This document shows, in pieces, positions 1 through 11,861 of a DNA stretch of 64,000 nt; positions within the stretch are counted from its first letter, which is position 1, and each line of letters begins with the position of its first letter. The notes beneath the pieces were generated by a model. It was not told where the DNA came from, searched no databases, and worked only from the letters and a program-made list of their open reading frames with translations. The DNA comes from Candidatus Melainabacteria bacterium SSGW_16 (GTDB lineage: Bacteria > Cyanobacteriota > Vampirovibrionia > 2-02-FULL-35-15): contig DUDS01000010.1 of assembly GCA_004769085.1 (NCBI GenBank), positions 688-64,687 of the forward strand. Direction: 5' to 3'. A program made the translations under genes and the position numbers.

Positions 1-570
1 TCCAGAAAGTATGGTGAATTACTTTCCGGGATGCCAATGTTTGAAATTAATAAAAGACCTTACCAACCAGGTCAGCATGGATTGAAACGATCCAAAAGTT
101 CGGAATATGGTAGTTTACTTCATGAAAAACAAAAATTAAGACATTCATATTCAATACCGGAGAAACAATTTAGAAGATACTTCCTGAAAGCCAATAAAAC
201 AAAAGGTCCTACAGGCGAAATCTTAATCCAGTTGTTAGAAACCAGACTTGATAATGTTGTCTATAGAATGGGTTTTGCTCCTACTCTTTTTTCGGCAAGA
301 CAGTTAGTATCTCATGGTCATGTTTTAGTAAACAATAAAAAAATTAATATACCATCATATGCAGTAAAACCAGGTACTGAAATAGCACTGAAAGAAAATG
401 CACAAAAAATAGAAGCTGTAAAAAACTCAATGAAAAATACTCCACAGGTTTTAAGTTATGTTTCAGTTGATAAAAATACATTTAAGGGAAAGCTTGTTCA
501 AATGCCTCAAAGAGGTGAGATCCCTGTAAATATTAATGAAAGGCTTATAGTCGAGTTCTATTCGAGATAA
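1..570 (+). CDS. rpsD: 30S ribosomal protein S4 (5' end outside window)
   Basis: Frame is open from base 1; translation ...YGELLSGMPMFEINKRPYQPGQHG...RLDNVVYRMGF...LVSHGHV...ERLIVEFYSR matches S4 along the whole length. Confidence 0.9.
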   Translation, partial: SRKYGELLSGMPMFEINKRPYQPGQHGLKRSKSSEYGSLLHEKQKLRHSYSIPEKQFRRYFLKANKTKGPTGEILIQLLETRLDNVVYRMGFAPTLFSARQLVSHGHVLVNNKKINIPSYAVKPGTEIALKENAQKIEAVKNSMKNTPQVLSYVSVDKNTFKGKLVQMPQRGEIPVNINERLIVEFYSR

Positions 571-711
571 CCCTAGAAATAATAAGATTTTATATAAACT
601 AACCCTGAATATTACCTTAAATGGCTATTATGCTTTTTAACAAAATCATGAATTTGTGAGTCTTCTTAACCAATCGATCATCCTTATCCAGTAAGCTATG
701 TAACAAATTAC

Positions 712-1545
712 ATGGAAAATGAAGATAAAAATCAGCTCTTATTTAATGCTTCTGCAGGTTACCTGGATGAACATATTAATCAAATTCAGGAAATGCTTGC
801 ATACGGGTTAAATTTGCCTGTACAGGAAATAAAAATCAGTTTCCCATCGTTAAAAAACTTTTACTCAACCAATAATCTAGTTAAGTCATCATGGGCTATT
901 TATATTCAAGACGGCAAGATGCCTAAATTATTATACACAGGAAATTTCTTTATTCAGGGTGGAGGTTTTTCGCTGCGTTCTAATAAATCACCGTTTGGTG
1001 CTGATGCGCTATCATCACTCACCTCAATAGCAAATACTTTTTCTTATGAAGCATCATTCTTTAAACAAAACTGGACATATGATTTAAATCTTTTTGATGA
1101 TAACTCAGACAAACTAAAATTCTCTGTAAAGGAGTATCAGGAATTCTTGAAAATATTAAATATAGTAAGGGCGAAATGGTTACTGCATCTGAGTGAGGAA
1201 GGCAATTTTGATCTTGTAATAATTGAGTTTTCAGAACCATCTGATCAGTTGTTCTTTGTTGATTTGGAAAATGTTGATAGCTTGGCTACCCGGATAAAAA
1301 CCTATTTTAAGCCAATATCACAAAAAGCATTAAGTCAGTTTAGATCTTTGTCACTCAATACTGAATTTGAAGGAAAATTTTATAATTTGCAACCTGGTAC
1401 ATGGTTGAGGGATGATGTTTTGATTGAACTTGAAAAATATTATTCTGAGAAATTCTTTAATGGTCAAAAAATAGTTATGCAGATTGAGACTCAGGATCCA
1501 GGATTTACAAACCCTTTTAAGGTGCAAGTTCTGAGACCAACTTAA
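712..1545 (+). CDS. hypothetical protein (277 aa), no recognisable motifs
   Basis: Long ORF in a coding-dense context with codon usage like its neighbours; no family recognised. Confidence 0.5.
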   Translation: MENEDKNQLLFNASAGYLDEHINQIQEMLAYGLNLPVQEIKISFPSLKNFYSTNNLVKSSWAIYIQDGKMPKLLYTGNFFIQGGGFSLRSNKSPFGADALSSLTSIANTFSYEASFFKQNWTYDLNLFDDNSDKLKFSVKEYQEFLKILNIVRAKWLLHLSEEGNFDLVIIEFSEPSDQLFFVDLENVDSLATRIKTYFKPISQKALSQFRSLSLNTEFEGKFYNLQPGTWLRDDVLIELEKYYSEKFFNGQKIVMQIETQDPGFTNPFKVQVLRPT

Positions 1546-1546
1546 T

Positions 1547-2206
1547 TTAAGTGTTTTGTGTCTCAGCTTTGCCGTGAATTATATAATTTACCTGTTCAAT
1601 AATGTTCTGTACAGAATCAGAAATCTTTTCAAGTGATCTTACCGTTGCAAGTAGTTGTGCTTCAACCTTTGCCTTCTGTCCACTATCAACTGCCAATTCA
1701 TTTAAAATTTGTTTGTATAAGACATCATGAAGGAATCCAATTTCAGATAATGTTTTATCAATATACTGAATTGAGTCTGTGTTTGTAGAAAGATATAAGG
1801 TTAATGAATTTCTCATTAATTCCTGAACTTTTTCAGACATTTTTAAAAGTTGCTCTTTAAGGTCAGATTTCAATACATTAACTTCGACAATTTGAGGTAG
1901 TGTACTAATATATTGCTCTGAAATTTTCTCTAAATTAAGCACAATTTGTAATGAACCAATAACAAACCTTAGGTCTTTTATTAAGGGCTGCTGCAAAGTT
2001 AATACCATAAAACACTGATCATTAAGTTCTTTGCTTTCTTTTTTTACCTCACTTGATATTTGAATTAATGAGTTTTCAAGGTTTGTATTATGAGTTTCAA
2101 GCAATGATGTGTGTAGCCCAGAAATCTCAATACATTTTTCGCCAAGCAAATATATTTTTTGCTTAAGATCTGCTAAATCTCTTCTAAGTGTTGTTCTTGT
2201 TGTCAT
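1547..2206 (-). CDS. PhoU-family phosphate-signalling regulator-like protein
   Basis: 219 aa helical protein with a repeated ...LEKISD.../...LEKISE... PhoU-like pattern; divergent from hppA. Confidence 0.55.
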   Translation of the reverse strand: MTTRTTLRRDLADLKQKIYLLGEKCIEISGLHTSLLETHNTNLENSLIQISSEVKKESKELNDQCFMVLTLQQPLIKDLRFVIGSLQIVLNLEKISEQYISTLPQIVEVNVLKSDLKEQLLKMSEKVQELMRNSLTLYLSTNTDSIQYIDKTLSEIGFLHDVLYKQILNELAVDSGQKAKVEAQLLATVRSLEKISDSVQNIIEQVNYIIHGKAETQNT

Positions 2207-2338
2207 TCTTTCTGTTACATTCTAAATTATTTACTTGTTATGTACCCGCTTAAATAGTTATCATATCTCAGACAATGCAAACTAAAATATTATTTTAATA
2301 CTTATGTTTGTCTTAAATCAAAAAATTAGGAGTAGTTT

Positions 2339-4420
2339 ATGCATAATCAGCTTGTGTTAATGGTTATTGGGTGTTCTGTCTTAGCAATTATTGCTGGTCT
2401 ATTTTTAAGTGTGCTTGTATTAAAACTTAATCCAGGTAATGCAAAAATGCAGGAAATTGCTAAAGCAATTCAGGATGGAGCAAGTGCTTATTTAAATAGA
2501 CAATATAAAACTGTTGCAATAGTTGGTTTGGTCCTGGCAGTAATACTTTATTTTACATTGGGACTTCATACAGCACTGGGCTTTGTTATTGGTGCATTTT
2601 TTAGTGCTTTAACCGGATTTATTGGTATGAATGTTTCTGTAAGAGCAAATGTCAGATGTGCACAGGCTGCTTATGGCGGACTTGAAAAAGCATTGGATGT
2701 TGCATTTAAAGGTGGCTTAGTTACAGGTCTATTGGTTGTTGGTTTAGGGCTCTTGGGTGTATCAGGATATTTTTATTTGCTTCAAATCTGGGATCCTTCA
2801 AAAATTACAGAGAATGTCAGAGCTCTTATTGGACTTGGTTTTGGTGGCAGCTTAATATCTGTTTTTGCAAGACTTGGTGGAGGTATTTATACTAAAGCTG
2901 CTGATGTGGGTGCAGATTTAGTAGGAAAAGTTGAAGCTGGAATCCCTGAAGATGATCCACGAAATCCTGCTGTAATTGCTGATAATGTTGGTGATAATGT
3001 TGGTGATTGTGCCGGAATGGCTGCAGATTTGTTTGAAACCTATGCTGTAACTGCAATTGCAGCAATGCTTCTTGGTTCAATTGAATTTAATAAATTTATT
3101 GCTGCAGGAAATTTAAACCCTCTTATTTATCCCCTTGTGCTTGGTGCAATTTCAATAATTTCATCGATAATTGGTTCTTTTTTTGTAAAACTTGATAAAT
3201 CACAAAATATAATGGGTGCTTTATATAAAGGAGTAATTGCAAGTGGAATTATTTCAGCGATTATGTTTTATCCTGCTACAAAATATTTGATGTCCAATTT
3301 AGGTGTAAGTCCATTAAAGTTATATATTGCTTCTTTAATTGGGCTGATTATTACTGCTCTTCTTGTTTTGATTACTGAATACTATACATCTACGCACTTT
3401 AAGCCTGTTCGGACTATTGCCCAGGCATCAGTTACAGGGCATGCAACAAATATAATTGCAGGTTTAGCTTTATCAATGAAATCCACTGCATTGCCTGTAA
3501 TTACTATTGTTATTGGAATTATCTCATCATATTCTCTGGCTGGGATTTATGGAATTGCACTTGCTGTGATGTCTATGTTATCAATGACTGGAATAATTGT
3601 TGCTATTGATTCATATGGTCCAATAACTGATAATGCAGGTGGTATTGCAGAAATGGCTGGATTGCCAAAGGAGATTAGGAATGTTACTGATCCTCTTGAT
3701 GCAGTAGGAAATACCACAAAAGCAGTTACAAAAGGCTATGCCATTGGTTCAGCCGGACTTGCTGCTATTGTTTTGTTTTCATCATATACACAAGATTTAA
3801 GGGATCATCTTATATCTTCCGGTAGACAAGCAATAAATTTTGATTTAGGCGATCCATTTGTACTTGTTGGATTATTTATTGGAGGGTTAATTCCATTTTT
3901 ATTTGCTGCACTTGCAATGGAATCTGTTGGTAAAGCAGCATCACAGGTAGTAGAAGAAGTGAGAAGACAATTTGCTGAAATTAAAGGTATTATGCAGAAT
4001 ACTGCTAAGCCTGACTATGCATCGTGTGTAGATATAGTTACACAAAGTGCACTAAAAGAAATGATCTTTCCTGCATTGATACCTGTTCTTACCCCGGTTT
4101 TAATATTGTTTCTGTCTATGGTTTTGTTCAAGCATATTGATTTATACGCAGCACCCAAAATTCTTGGTGGTGTACTGGTAGGAAGTATTGTTACAGGAAT
4201 ATTTGTTGCAATTTCAATGACAAGTGGTGGAGGTGCCTGGGATAATGCAAAAAAATACATTGAAGAAGGTAACTTTGGTGGGAAAGGCTCAGATGCTCAT
4301 AAAGCAGCAGTCACAGGGGACACTGTAGGAGATCCTTATAAAGACACAGCTGGACCTGCAATCAATCCTATGATTAAAGTTTTAAATATAGTTGCATTAC
4401 TATTAATCTCATATCTTTAA
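2339..4420 (+). CDS. hppA: membrane-bound H+/Na+-translocating pyrophosphatase
   Basis: 693 aa polytopic protein; signature [19 protein letters not shown] and [19 protein letters not shown] motifs. Confidence 0.95.
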   Translation: MHNQLVLMVIGCSVLAIIAGLFLSVLVLKLNPGNAKMQEIAKAIQDGASAYLNRQYKTVAIVGLVLAVILYFTLGLHTALGFVIGAFFSALTGFIGMNVSVRANVRCAQAAYGGLEKALDVAFKGGLVTGLLVVGLGLLGVSGYFYLLQIWDPSKITENVRALIGLGFGGSLISVFARLGGGIYTKAADVGADLVGKVEAGIPEDDPRNPAVIADNVGDNVGDCAGMAADLFETYAVTAIAAMLLGSIEFNKFIAAGNLNPLIYPLVLGAISIISSIIGSFFVKLDKSQNIMGALYKGVIASGIISAIMFYPATKYLMSNLGVSPLKLYIASLIGLIITALLVLITEYYTSTHFKPVRTIAQASVTGHATNIIAGLALSMKSTALPVITIVIGIISSYSLAGIYGIALAVMSMLSMTGIIVAIDSYGPITDNAGGIAEMAGLPKEIRNVTDPLDAVGNTTKAVTKGYAIGSAGLAAIVLFSSYTQDLRDHLISSGRQAINFDLGDPFVLVGLFIGGLIPFLFAALAMESVGKAASQVVEEVRRQFAEIKGIMQNTAKPDYASCVDIVTQSALKEMIFPALIPVLTPVLILFLSMVLFKHIDLYAAPKILGGVLVGSIVTGIFVAISMTSGGGAWDNAKKYIEEGNFGGKGSDAHKAAVTGDTVGDPYKDTAGPAINPMIKVLNIVALLLISYL

Positions 4421-4539
4421 AATAATGCAATTTATCAGCATGAAGATAGGGTAGTAAAAATCTTAGTAATAATGAGATTTATCAGAATGTATAAAAATAT
4501 AATTCTTTTGCTTATTTAAATAACATAATTTATCAGCAT

Positions 4540-5082
4540 ATGTATATAAATATAAAAAGGGCAACATTAACATCAATAAAGGAAATTTCTAATATTGAAT
4601 CCTTAACATATCAAAAATATGCTTGGTCAGCTGATATGTTTAAATCTGAATTGAATAAAGATAATTCTATATATTTAATAGCAGAAAAAAGTGATAATAA
4701 AGATATAATAGGGTATATAGGTACATGGCTAGTTGAGGATGAAGCCCATATAACAACAATGGTAACTCATCCCTCGTATAGAAAAAAGCATATTGCTGAT
4801 ATATTACTATATAATTTAATATCTATATTATATATATATAACATTAAATGGATAACGCTAGAAGTTAAATCATCAAATATAGCAGCAATTAATTTATACA
4901 ACAAATATGGATTCAAACAAATTGGCATAAGAAAAAACTACTATCAGGAAAAGAATGAAGATGCATTAATACTCTGGACTGAAAATATATACTTATCTGA
5001 TTTTAAAAAGAATTTAGAACTCATAAATACCTACCTATCTGTTTTTTTAATTGATGCTGATAAATGCCAGTACAATGTTTAA
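4540..5082 (+). CDS. rimI: GNAT N-acetyltransferase, RimI-like (ribosomal-protein-alanine acetyltransferase)
   Basis: GNAT core motifs (IGYIGTW..., ITLEVKSSNIAAINLYNKYGF) in a 180 aa protein. Confidence 0.7.
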   Translation: MYINIKRATLTSIKEISNIESLTYQKYAWSADMFKSELNKDNSIYLIAEKSDNKDIIGYIGTWLVEDEAHITTMVTHPSYRKKHIADILLYNLISILYIYNIKWITLEVKSSNIAAINLYNKYGFKQIGIRKNYYQEKNEDALILWTENIYLSDFKKNLELINTYLSVFLIDADKCQYNV

Positions 5083-5339
5083 TATCTATTATTCTAAAAC
5101 TGAATTTATTATCTAAATTTACATAAGTGTAGAAAAACACTCTAAGAAATCTTATAAGTTTCAATATTGAGAGATCTACAGCCAAATTCATAGTTTATAG
5201 CTTTAGATAATTTTATATTATCTGTAAGGCATATACAGTTAAAAGAATTTGTCACAAAATTAAGTTAGATCGACATTCGACTTTGGGTATTACATAGAAT
5301 ATAAAAATGTAATTTTTGTTTTTTGAAAGATATCTGTAA

Positions 5340-6065
5340 ATGAGCAAAATTCTTGTAATTGATGATGATAGTTCAATTGTTGAATTGATTAAGGTTAATC
5401 TTGAACTTCAAGGACATTTAGTAGTTGCAGCAAATGAAGCTTTGACTGGAATTGCTTTAGCCCAACAAGAACTTCCAGATTTAATTATTCTGGACCTTAT
5501 GATGCCAGGAGTAGATGGATTTACAGCTGCTCAAAGATTAAGGCAAAATGATGTCACAAAATCGATACCAATTTTAATGCTTACAGCATTATCTAGAACT
5601 GAGGACAAAGTATCAGGATTTAATGCAGGTGCTGACGACTATTTAACAAAACCTTTTGAACTACCCGAACTTTATGTAAGGGTAAGAGCACTATTGAGAC
5701 GGACAGGTAAGGTTCAAACTACTCTCCCGCTTCCTGAAATATTACATGCTGGAGATATTACCCTTATACCAGAAAGCAGAGAAGCAAAAATAACAGATAA
5801 GGTTATCAGGCTAACACCAATTGAATTTGAAGTCTTACACTGTCTGCTACAGCACCATGGACAAACAGTTACTACCAGCAAGCTTCTTGAAGAAGTATGG
5901 GGATACTCACCAGATGACGATGTAGATACTATAAGAGTTCACATTAGACACCTTAGAACAAGAATAGAAATAGGCAGTAAAAGATATATTAAAACAGTAT
6001 ACGGTGGTGGGTACCAGCTAATACCAGATGGATTTGTTGGCAAAGGTGAACCCCAGCCAACATAA
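5340..6065 (+). CDS. OmpR-family two-component response regulator (receiver + winged helix)
   Basis: [10 protein letters not shown]...[15 protein letters not shown] receiver domain; C-terminal winged-helix ...[12 protein letters not shown]. Confidence 0.9.
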   Translation: MSKILVIDDDSSIVELIKVNLELQGHLVVAANEALTGIALAQQELPDLIILDLMMPGVDGFTAAQRLRQNDVTKSIPILMLTALSRTEDKVSGFNAGADDYLTKPFELPELYVRVRALLRRTGKVQTTLPLPEILHAGDITLIPESREAKITDKVIRLTPIEFEVLHCLLQHHGQTVTTSKLLEEVWGYSPDDDVDTIRVHIRHLRTRIEIGSKRYIKTVYGGGYQLIPDGFVGKGEPQPT

Positions 6066-6144
6066 ATAAACCGACTTCCTTTTTAATTTCGCTTCGTATA
6101 AGTCTTTGATATAGTAATTAAGTGCTTATGGTTTTATAAAACCA

Positions 6145-6217
6145 GGGCGCTTAGCTCAGTTGGTAGAGCACCTGTTTGACGTACAGGTGGTCAGAGGTTC
6201 AAGTCCTCTAGCGCCCA
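6145..6217 (+). tRNA. tRNA-Val (anticodon GAC)
   Basis: Cloverleaf: acceptor GGGCGCT/AGCGCCC, D-arm AGCTCAGTTGGTAGAGC, anticodon loop TTGACGT, T-arm GGTTCAAGTCC. Confidence 0.9.
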
Positions 6218-6306
6218 TTTTTATATAGACCTCCATATTTTCAGAGAATTTAAGCAGTATTATAATTAACTTAAGTTTTAATCATATTAAACAAGAAATA
6301 AACCCT

Positions 6307-6648
6307 ATGGATCTTAGAATCATAAGAACCGGTTCAATCCTTTCACCTCTTCACACAACTAGGGTTTTATTTCGTTCAATAGCACATAGACAAAGTATTA
6401 ATAGTGAAATTGAAAAGCTAAGAACGAGGGGGGTTACTCATGACGAAGAAAATGCTTGTCGAAGATTATATGCATTATCAGAACCAAGACATTGGAGAAC
6501 TTTAACAAGAGCATTTTCATCCATTGTTCAAATAGCAAGACATAGAAAAAATCTTCCAATAGATAGATTCAAAATGCTTACAGATAATGCATATAAACAT
6601 TGTTGTTCTAAAGATATTGACAGCGAATTCACTTATGCCGGTGTTTAA
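6307..6648 (+). CDS. hypothetical small Arg/His-rich protein (uncertain)
   Basis: 113 aa ORF directly downstream of tRNA-Val; basic composition, no family recognised; could be non-coding. Confidence 0.25.
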   Translation: MDLRIIRTGSILSPLHTTRVLFRSIAHRQSINSEIEKLRTRGVTHDEENACRRLYALSEPRHWRTLTRAFSSIVQIARHRKNLPIDRFKMLTDNAYKHCCSKDIDSEFTYAGV

Positions 6649-6655
6649 AACAAGC

Positions 6656-7126
6656 CTATGCTTTTTTAACTACATATTTAAAAATTAATGTAAGTCCAAC
6701 AGCTAAAACAAGTGTAACAAACCAGGGCATAAGCAGCCTTTTTAATTGTTCAAAAAAACTAACATGTCTTCTTGTTTGATTTTTTGCAATTTTTCTTTCA
6801 ACGATCTTGCTGCCTTTCTTTTTGATAAGCTCATCTTTATTAATCAGATCAGAATATGAAGTAGTATTTACCTCAGAATCGTTTTCGATTAAATCCAAAG
6901 CAGGATCATTACTTTTATAAATTTTTGTAGTTATACTTGATTCATCAAGTTCTTCAAGTTCATTGCCTGATATTGTACGTGCATTAGGGACAGGAGTTTT
7001 ACTTTCAGTGTCTTTTTGCTCAAATTTCAAAATGTTGGAAATATGCATATTATCAGCTAAGGACACCTGCTGAGTTAATAATATAAGTACACTGGTAATA
7101 AAAACACTTTTGAATATAAAGTTCAT
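6656..7126 (-). CDS. hypothetical secreted/membrane-anchored protein
   Basis: N-terminal signal-like hydrophobic segment, acidic middle, C-terminal TM helix. Confidence 0.5.
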   Translation of the reverse strand: MNFIFKSVFITSVLILLTQQVSLADNMHISNILKFEQKDTESKTPVPNARTISGNELEELDESSITTKIYKSNDPALDLIENDSEVNTTSYSDLINKDELIKKKGSKIVERKIAKNQTRRHVSFFEQLKRLLMPWFVTLVLAVGLTLIFKYVVKKA

Positions 7127-7262
7127 AATAATTGATAATCAGACCTATCTGGTTCACAATTAATTGTAAAACAACTTTAAATACCCCGCGCGAAGAAGTA
7201 TTTGTAATACTTTGAAGAAACCTGCTTAGAAGAGTTCCACAAGTTTAAAATATAATGTTATT

Positions 7263-8300
7263 TTGTATTATATGCAGAATAAAGTTAAAAACATTTCAGC
7301 AATAATTATTTTAATTTGTATATTATCAGTTATTTTATATGCATTTTTGCCAAAAGAAAAACTACAGTCAAGAATAACTGAGATTAATTACGGATCTGAT
7401 TCAACTTTTCGATCCGTTAAACCAATTGGAATTCACAGCCCTTTTAAAGGAGAAAGAATTTCAGTAATTAAGCTTGAAGGAATTATAAGTGACAGTGCAG
7501 GTTCATCATTTATAAAGGACACTACCTCGAGCAGCTATGTACTTGAACTCATAAATAAAGCTACTGCTGATCCACATGTAAAAGGAATTGTTTTAAGAAT
7601 TAATAGTCCTGGCGGAACAGTTGCTGCAAGCCAGGAACTATATCAGGCTATTCTTTCAGCAAAGAAGAAAAAGCCGGTTGTTATAACTATGGGTGATGTA
7701 GCTGCATCCGGTGGATATTACATTGCTTCAGCAGGAAATGTTATTTTTGCAAACCGGGGCACACTAACAGGAAGTATTGGCGTTATAACTTCATACTTAA
7801 ATTTCTATGACCTTCTGACAAAGATTGGTATTAAGGGAATTGTAATTAAATCAGGTGAATATAAAGATATTGGAAATCCAACCAGGCCACTAACAGAAGG
7901 AGAAAGAAAAATACTACAAGCACTCTTAGACAACACATATAGTCAGTTCATCCACGATGTTGCTAAAGGCAGGGAAATGCCTGTTAAAAGAGTTAGTGAA
8001 ATTGCAAAAGGACTTATTTATACAGGGGCTCAGGCAAAGAAAATCGGATTAGTGGATCATCTTGGTGATTTTAATAAGGCAATAAAACATGCACAAAAAC
8101 TGGTCAAAGAAAGATTTCCTGAACTCAAAAGAAAGTATGGCAAGGAAGATATACCCATTGAAGAAAGCTGGAAAGGCACTTCAATTCTGGATGCACTTAT
8201 AGGTGCTGCAGTTAAAAACATAAATCCTACTGTATTAGACAACAGGCTATTTAAACCAGTTTCATACTCAAAGTTTCAACCACTTTGGCTGCTTGAATAA
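7263..8300 (+). CDS. sppA: signal peptide peptidase SppA (36K type, S49 family)
   Basis: N-terminal TM, ...ASGGYYIASAGNVIFANRGTLTGSIGV... S49 signature. Confidence 0.9.
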   Translation: MYYMQNKVKNISAIIILICILSVILYAFLPKEKLQSRITEINYGSDSTFRSVKPIGIHSPFKGERISVIKLEGIISDSAGSSFIKDTTSSSYVLELINKATADPHVKGIVLRINSPGGTVAASQELYQAILSAKKKKPVVITMGDVAASGGYYIASAGNVIFANRGTLTGSIGVITSYLNFYDLLTKIGIKGIVIKSGEYKDIGNPTRPLTEGERKILQALLDNTYSQFIHDVAKGREMPVKRVSEIAKGLIYTGAQAKKIGLVDHLGDFNKAIKHAQKLVKERFPELKRKYGKEDIPIEESWKGTSILDALIGAAVKNINPTVLDNRLFKPVSYSKFQPLWLLE

Positions 8301-8304
8301 AGAG

Positions 8305-9018
8305 TTATTTTTTAGCAAAATATCTAGGGGCATTTGAATAAGGTTTTGGGAATTTTTTTAGTTCTTTTATTTTTTTCATTACTATCTCTCTGACCTTTTT
8401 CTGCTGATCATTGATTGGCAATGTAGCATCAATGACTGTAAGACCAAATTCCTCAATCATTTTTTCGTATTCATTAAGGATTTTTTCCTGAAAGATCTTA
8501 AAACTTTCTTTTATATCACTTGATAAATTTAAATCCATCCCGGCTTCATAGTACTTTATCTGTGCACGGCTGCTTAAAATCCGATCGAGAGCAACACTTA
8601 AAGGCACTTTAAAATAAAAAGTAATTGTTGGTTTAACAGCAAACTCATAAAGTTTTCTTACCCATTTTGGATCAACACCTCTTGCAGCATCCCGTGCAAA
8701 TGCAGTATAGATATATCTATCTGCAAGTACAATTGCACCTGCTTTTAGCGGGGGAATAATTTCACTTTCAATACGATCAGCAAAATCAGTAGTATGTATA
8801 AGACTAAATGTAGTCGGGGTAAGTATCTGTTTTGTTTTTCCTCTTCTGGTAGTAGTTTTTACAAGCGGCGAAGAATTCCATTCGCTTAAAAATACACCGT
8901 AACCTTCATTCTGAAGCCACTGGTGCAGAAGTTTTAACTGCGTACTTTTACCTGAACCATCAATGCCTTCTACAGTAAATAATTTGCCAGGTAATTCTTG
9001 TTTAAAGTAATTGCTCAT
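8305..9018 (-). CDS. tmk: thymidylate kinase
   Basis: P-loop FTVEGIDGSGKSTQ and DRY-type motif VLADRYIYT. Confidence 0.8.
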   Translation of the reverse strand: MSNYFKQELPGKLFTVEGIDGSGKSTQLKLLHQWLQNEGYGVFLSEWNSSPLVKTTTRRGKTKQILTPTTFSLIHTTDFADRIESEIIPPLKAGAIVLADRYIYTAFARDAARGVDPKWVRKLYEFAVKPTITFYFKVPLSVALDRILSSRAQIKYYEAGMDLNLSSDIKESFKIFQEKILNEYEKMIEEFGLTVIDATLPINDQQKKVREIVMKKIKELKKFPKPYSNAPRYFAKK

Positions 9019-9133
9019 GTTTTACTCACCGCCCTCCTCGCTTCGTCGTCGCTTGTCGGGCTTTGCAACGTGCTCCTGGTCTACCTCTTGTAACATTCTA
9101 CAGATTTTGCCGAACGAATCATCAAAATCTTAC
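9019..9133 (+). repeat. intergenic repeat family, copy A (~115 nt)
   Basis: Homologous to 21369-21490, 31728-31843 (inverted) and more weakly 40644-40764; starts TTTTACTCACCGCC, ends AAAATCTTAC; contains hairpin AGATTTTG-13nt-CAAAATCT. Confidence 0.7.
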
Positions 9134-9312
9134 TAATTGAATAGCTTACCTGAAGATTTTGCATAAGCTAAGTAGCAACCAACAGACTTTAATAATATTA
9201 TATTTGCTGTGATTAAAAAGTATTTCAGGGATACTATATTACAAGCATAATCAATAAACATTTATTAACTATATAAATACAATCATTCTAAAAACAAACA
9301 AAGCTGTTTTAA

Positions 9313-10341
9313 TTGAAGTTTGTAATGAAAAAAGAAAAATCGTTAATTGTTTCAATACTTGGTGCAGGAAGCTGGGGTGGCACATTAGCCTGGCTTTTAA
9401 GCTCAAAAGGTATAAAAGTAAATCTATGGACATTCAGCAATGAAGAATACAATGCAATTAAAAAATCAAATTCATTATTAAGGCCAGTAAAAATAAAATT
9501 AAACAAAAATATTCGCCTGACAACTGATCTCAGATATACGGTAGACAAAGGTAATATTTTAATTATAGCTGTTCCAACAAATGCGTTTAAATCAACAATT
9601 CAGGAAATTAAAAACTATAAAATAAAAAAAGACAGCGTTATTCTTAGTGCAACAAAAGGTATAACAACAAATGAGAATTTAAGACCTTCACAGATCTTAA
9701 AAAAATATCTACCAAGAAATCCAATTGCAGTTTTATCAGGTCCAAATATTGCAATGGATGTAGTCTCAAAAGCACCAATAATTTCAGTAATTGGATCAAC
9801 TAGTGTAAAAACAGCAACCTTATTACAAAAACTTTTATCATCGAGACATTTCAGGATCTATTTAAATAACGATATAAATGGTGTAGAAATTGCAGGTGCA
9901 CTAAAAAATGTTATTGCACTTGCAGCAGGGATGTCCGATGGTTTTGGTTTTAATATAAGTACAAAGGCAGCCCTTATCAGCAGAGGACTGACTGAAATTG
10001 CAAGAATAGTAGTTAAAGAGGGGGGGAAAGCAAAAACACTTCTTGGAGCAGCAGGGATAGGGGATTTAATTGCAACGTGCTGCAGTACAAATAGCAGAAA
10101 TTACCGGGTAGGATTTAGCCTGGCAAAAGGAAAAAAGCTGAAAGACATTTTAAAGTCACTTGGTCAGGTAGCAGAAGGAACAGAAACTGTAAAATCAATG
10201 ATTAGCCTTGCAAAAAAGCATAAAGTAGATGTGCCAATTGCCCAGGGTGTATATAACATTATTTATAGAAATAAAAAACCTGAGACAGAATTAAAAAATC
10301 TTCTAGAGAGACAACCTGCTAAATATGAAATTGAATTTTAA
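9313..10341 (+). CDS. gpsA: NAD(P)H-dependent glycerol-3-phosphate dehydrogenase
   Basis: ILGAGSWGGTLA Rossmann motif and full-length GpsA-like sequence. Confidence 0.9.
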   Translation: MKFVMKKEKSLIVSILGAGSWGGTLAWLLSSKGIKVNLWTFSNEEYNAIKKSNSLLRPVKIKLNKNIRLTTDLRYTVDKGNILIIAVPTNAFKSTIQEIKNYKIKKDSVILSATKGITTNENLRPSQILKKYLPRNPIAVLSGPNIAMDVVSKAPIISVIGSTSVKTATLLQKLLSSRHFRIYLNNDINGVEIAGALKNVIALAAGMSDGFGFNISTKAALISRGLTEIARIVVKEGGKAKTLLGAAGIGDLIATCCSTNSRNYRVGFSLAKGKKLKDILKSLGQVAEGTETVKSMISLAKKHKVDVPIAQGVYNIIYRNKKPETELKNLLERQPAKYEIEF

Positions 10342-10345
10342 TGAT

Positions 10346-11788
<1,443 letters not shown>

Positions 11789-11861
11789 CTAACATTTATA
11801 CATTTATAAGTAAATTGTATTTTTAACTATTCGGGCAAAGAGTAAAAACAGGGAAATATAG

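Noticed and set aside
2892-3080. Small antisense ORFs inside hppA, atpD (10705-11327), ileS (16994-17227, 19549-19731), cysS (22504-23136), kdpA/B (25230-28839), kdpD (29992-31630), lysA (34017-34380), nupC/HD/kor/suf genes
   Set aside because: All are embedded antisense or off-frame within confidently assigned genes. They are short, often low-complexity, and have no independent support.
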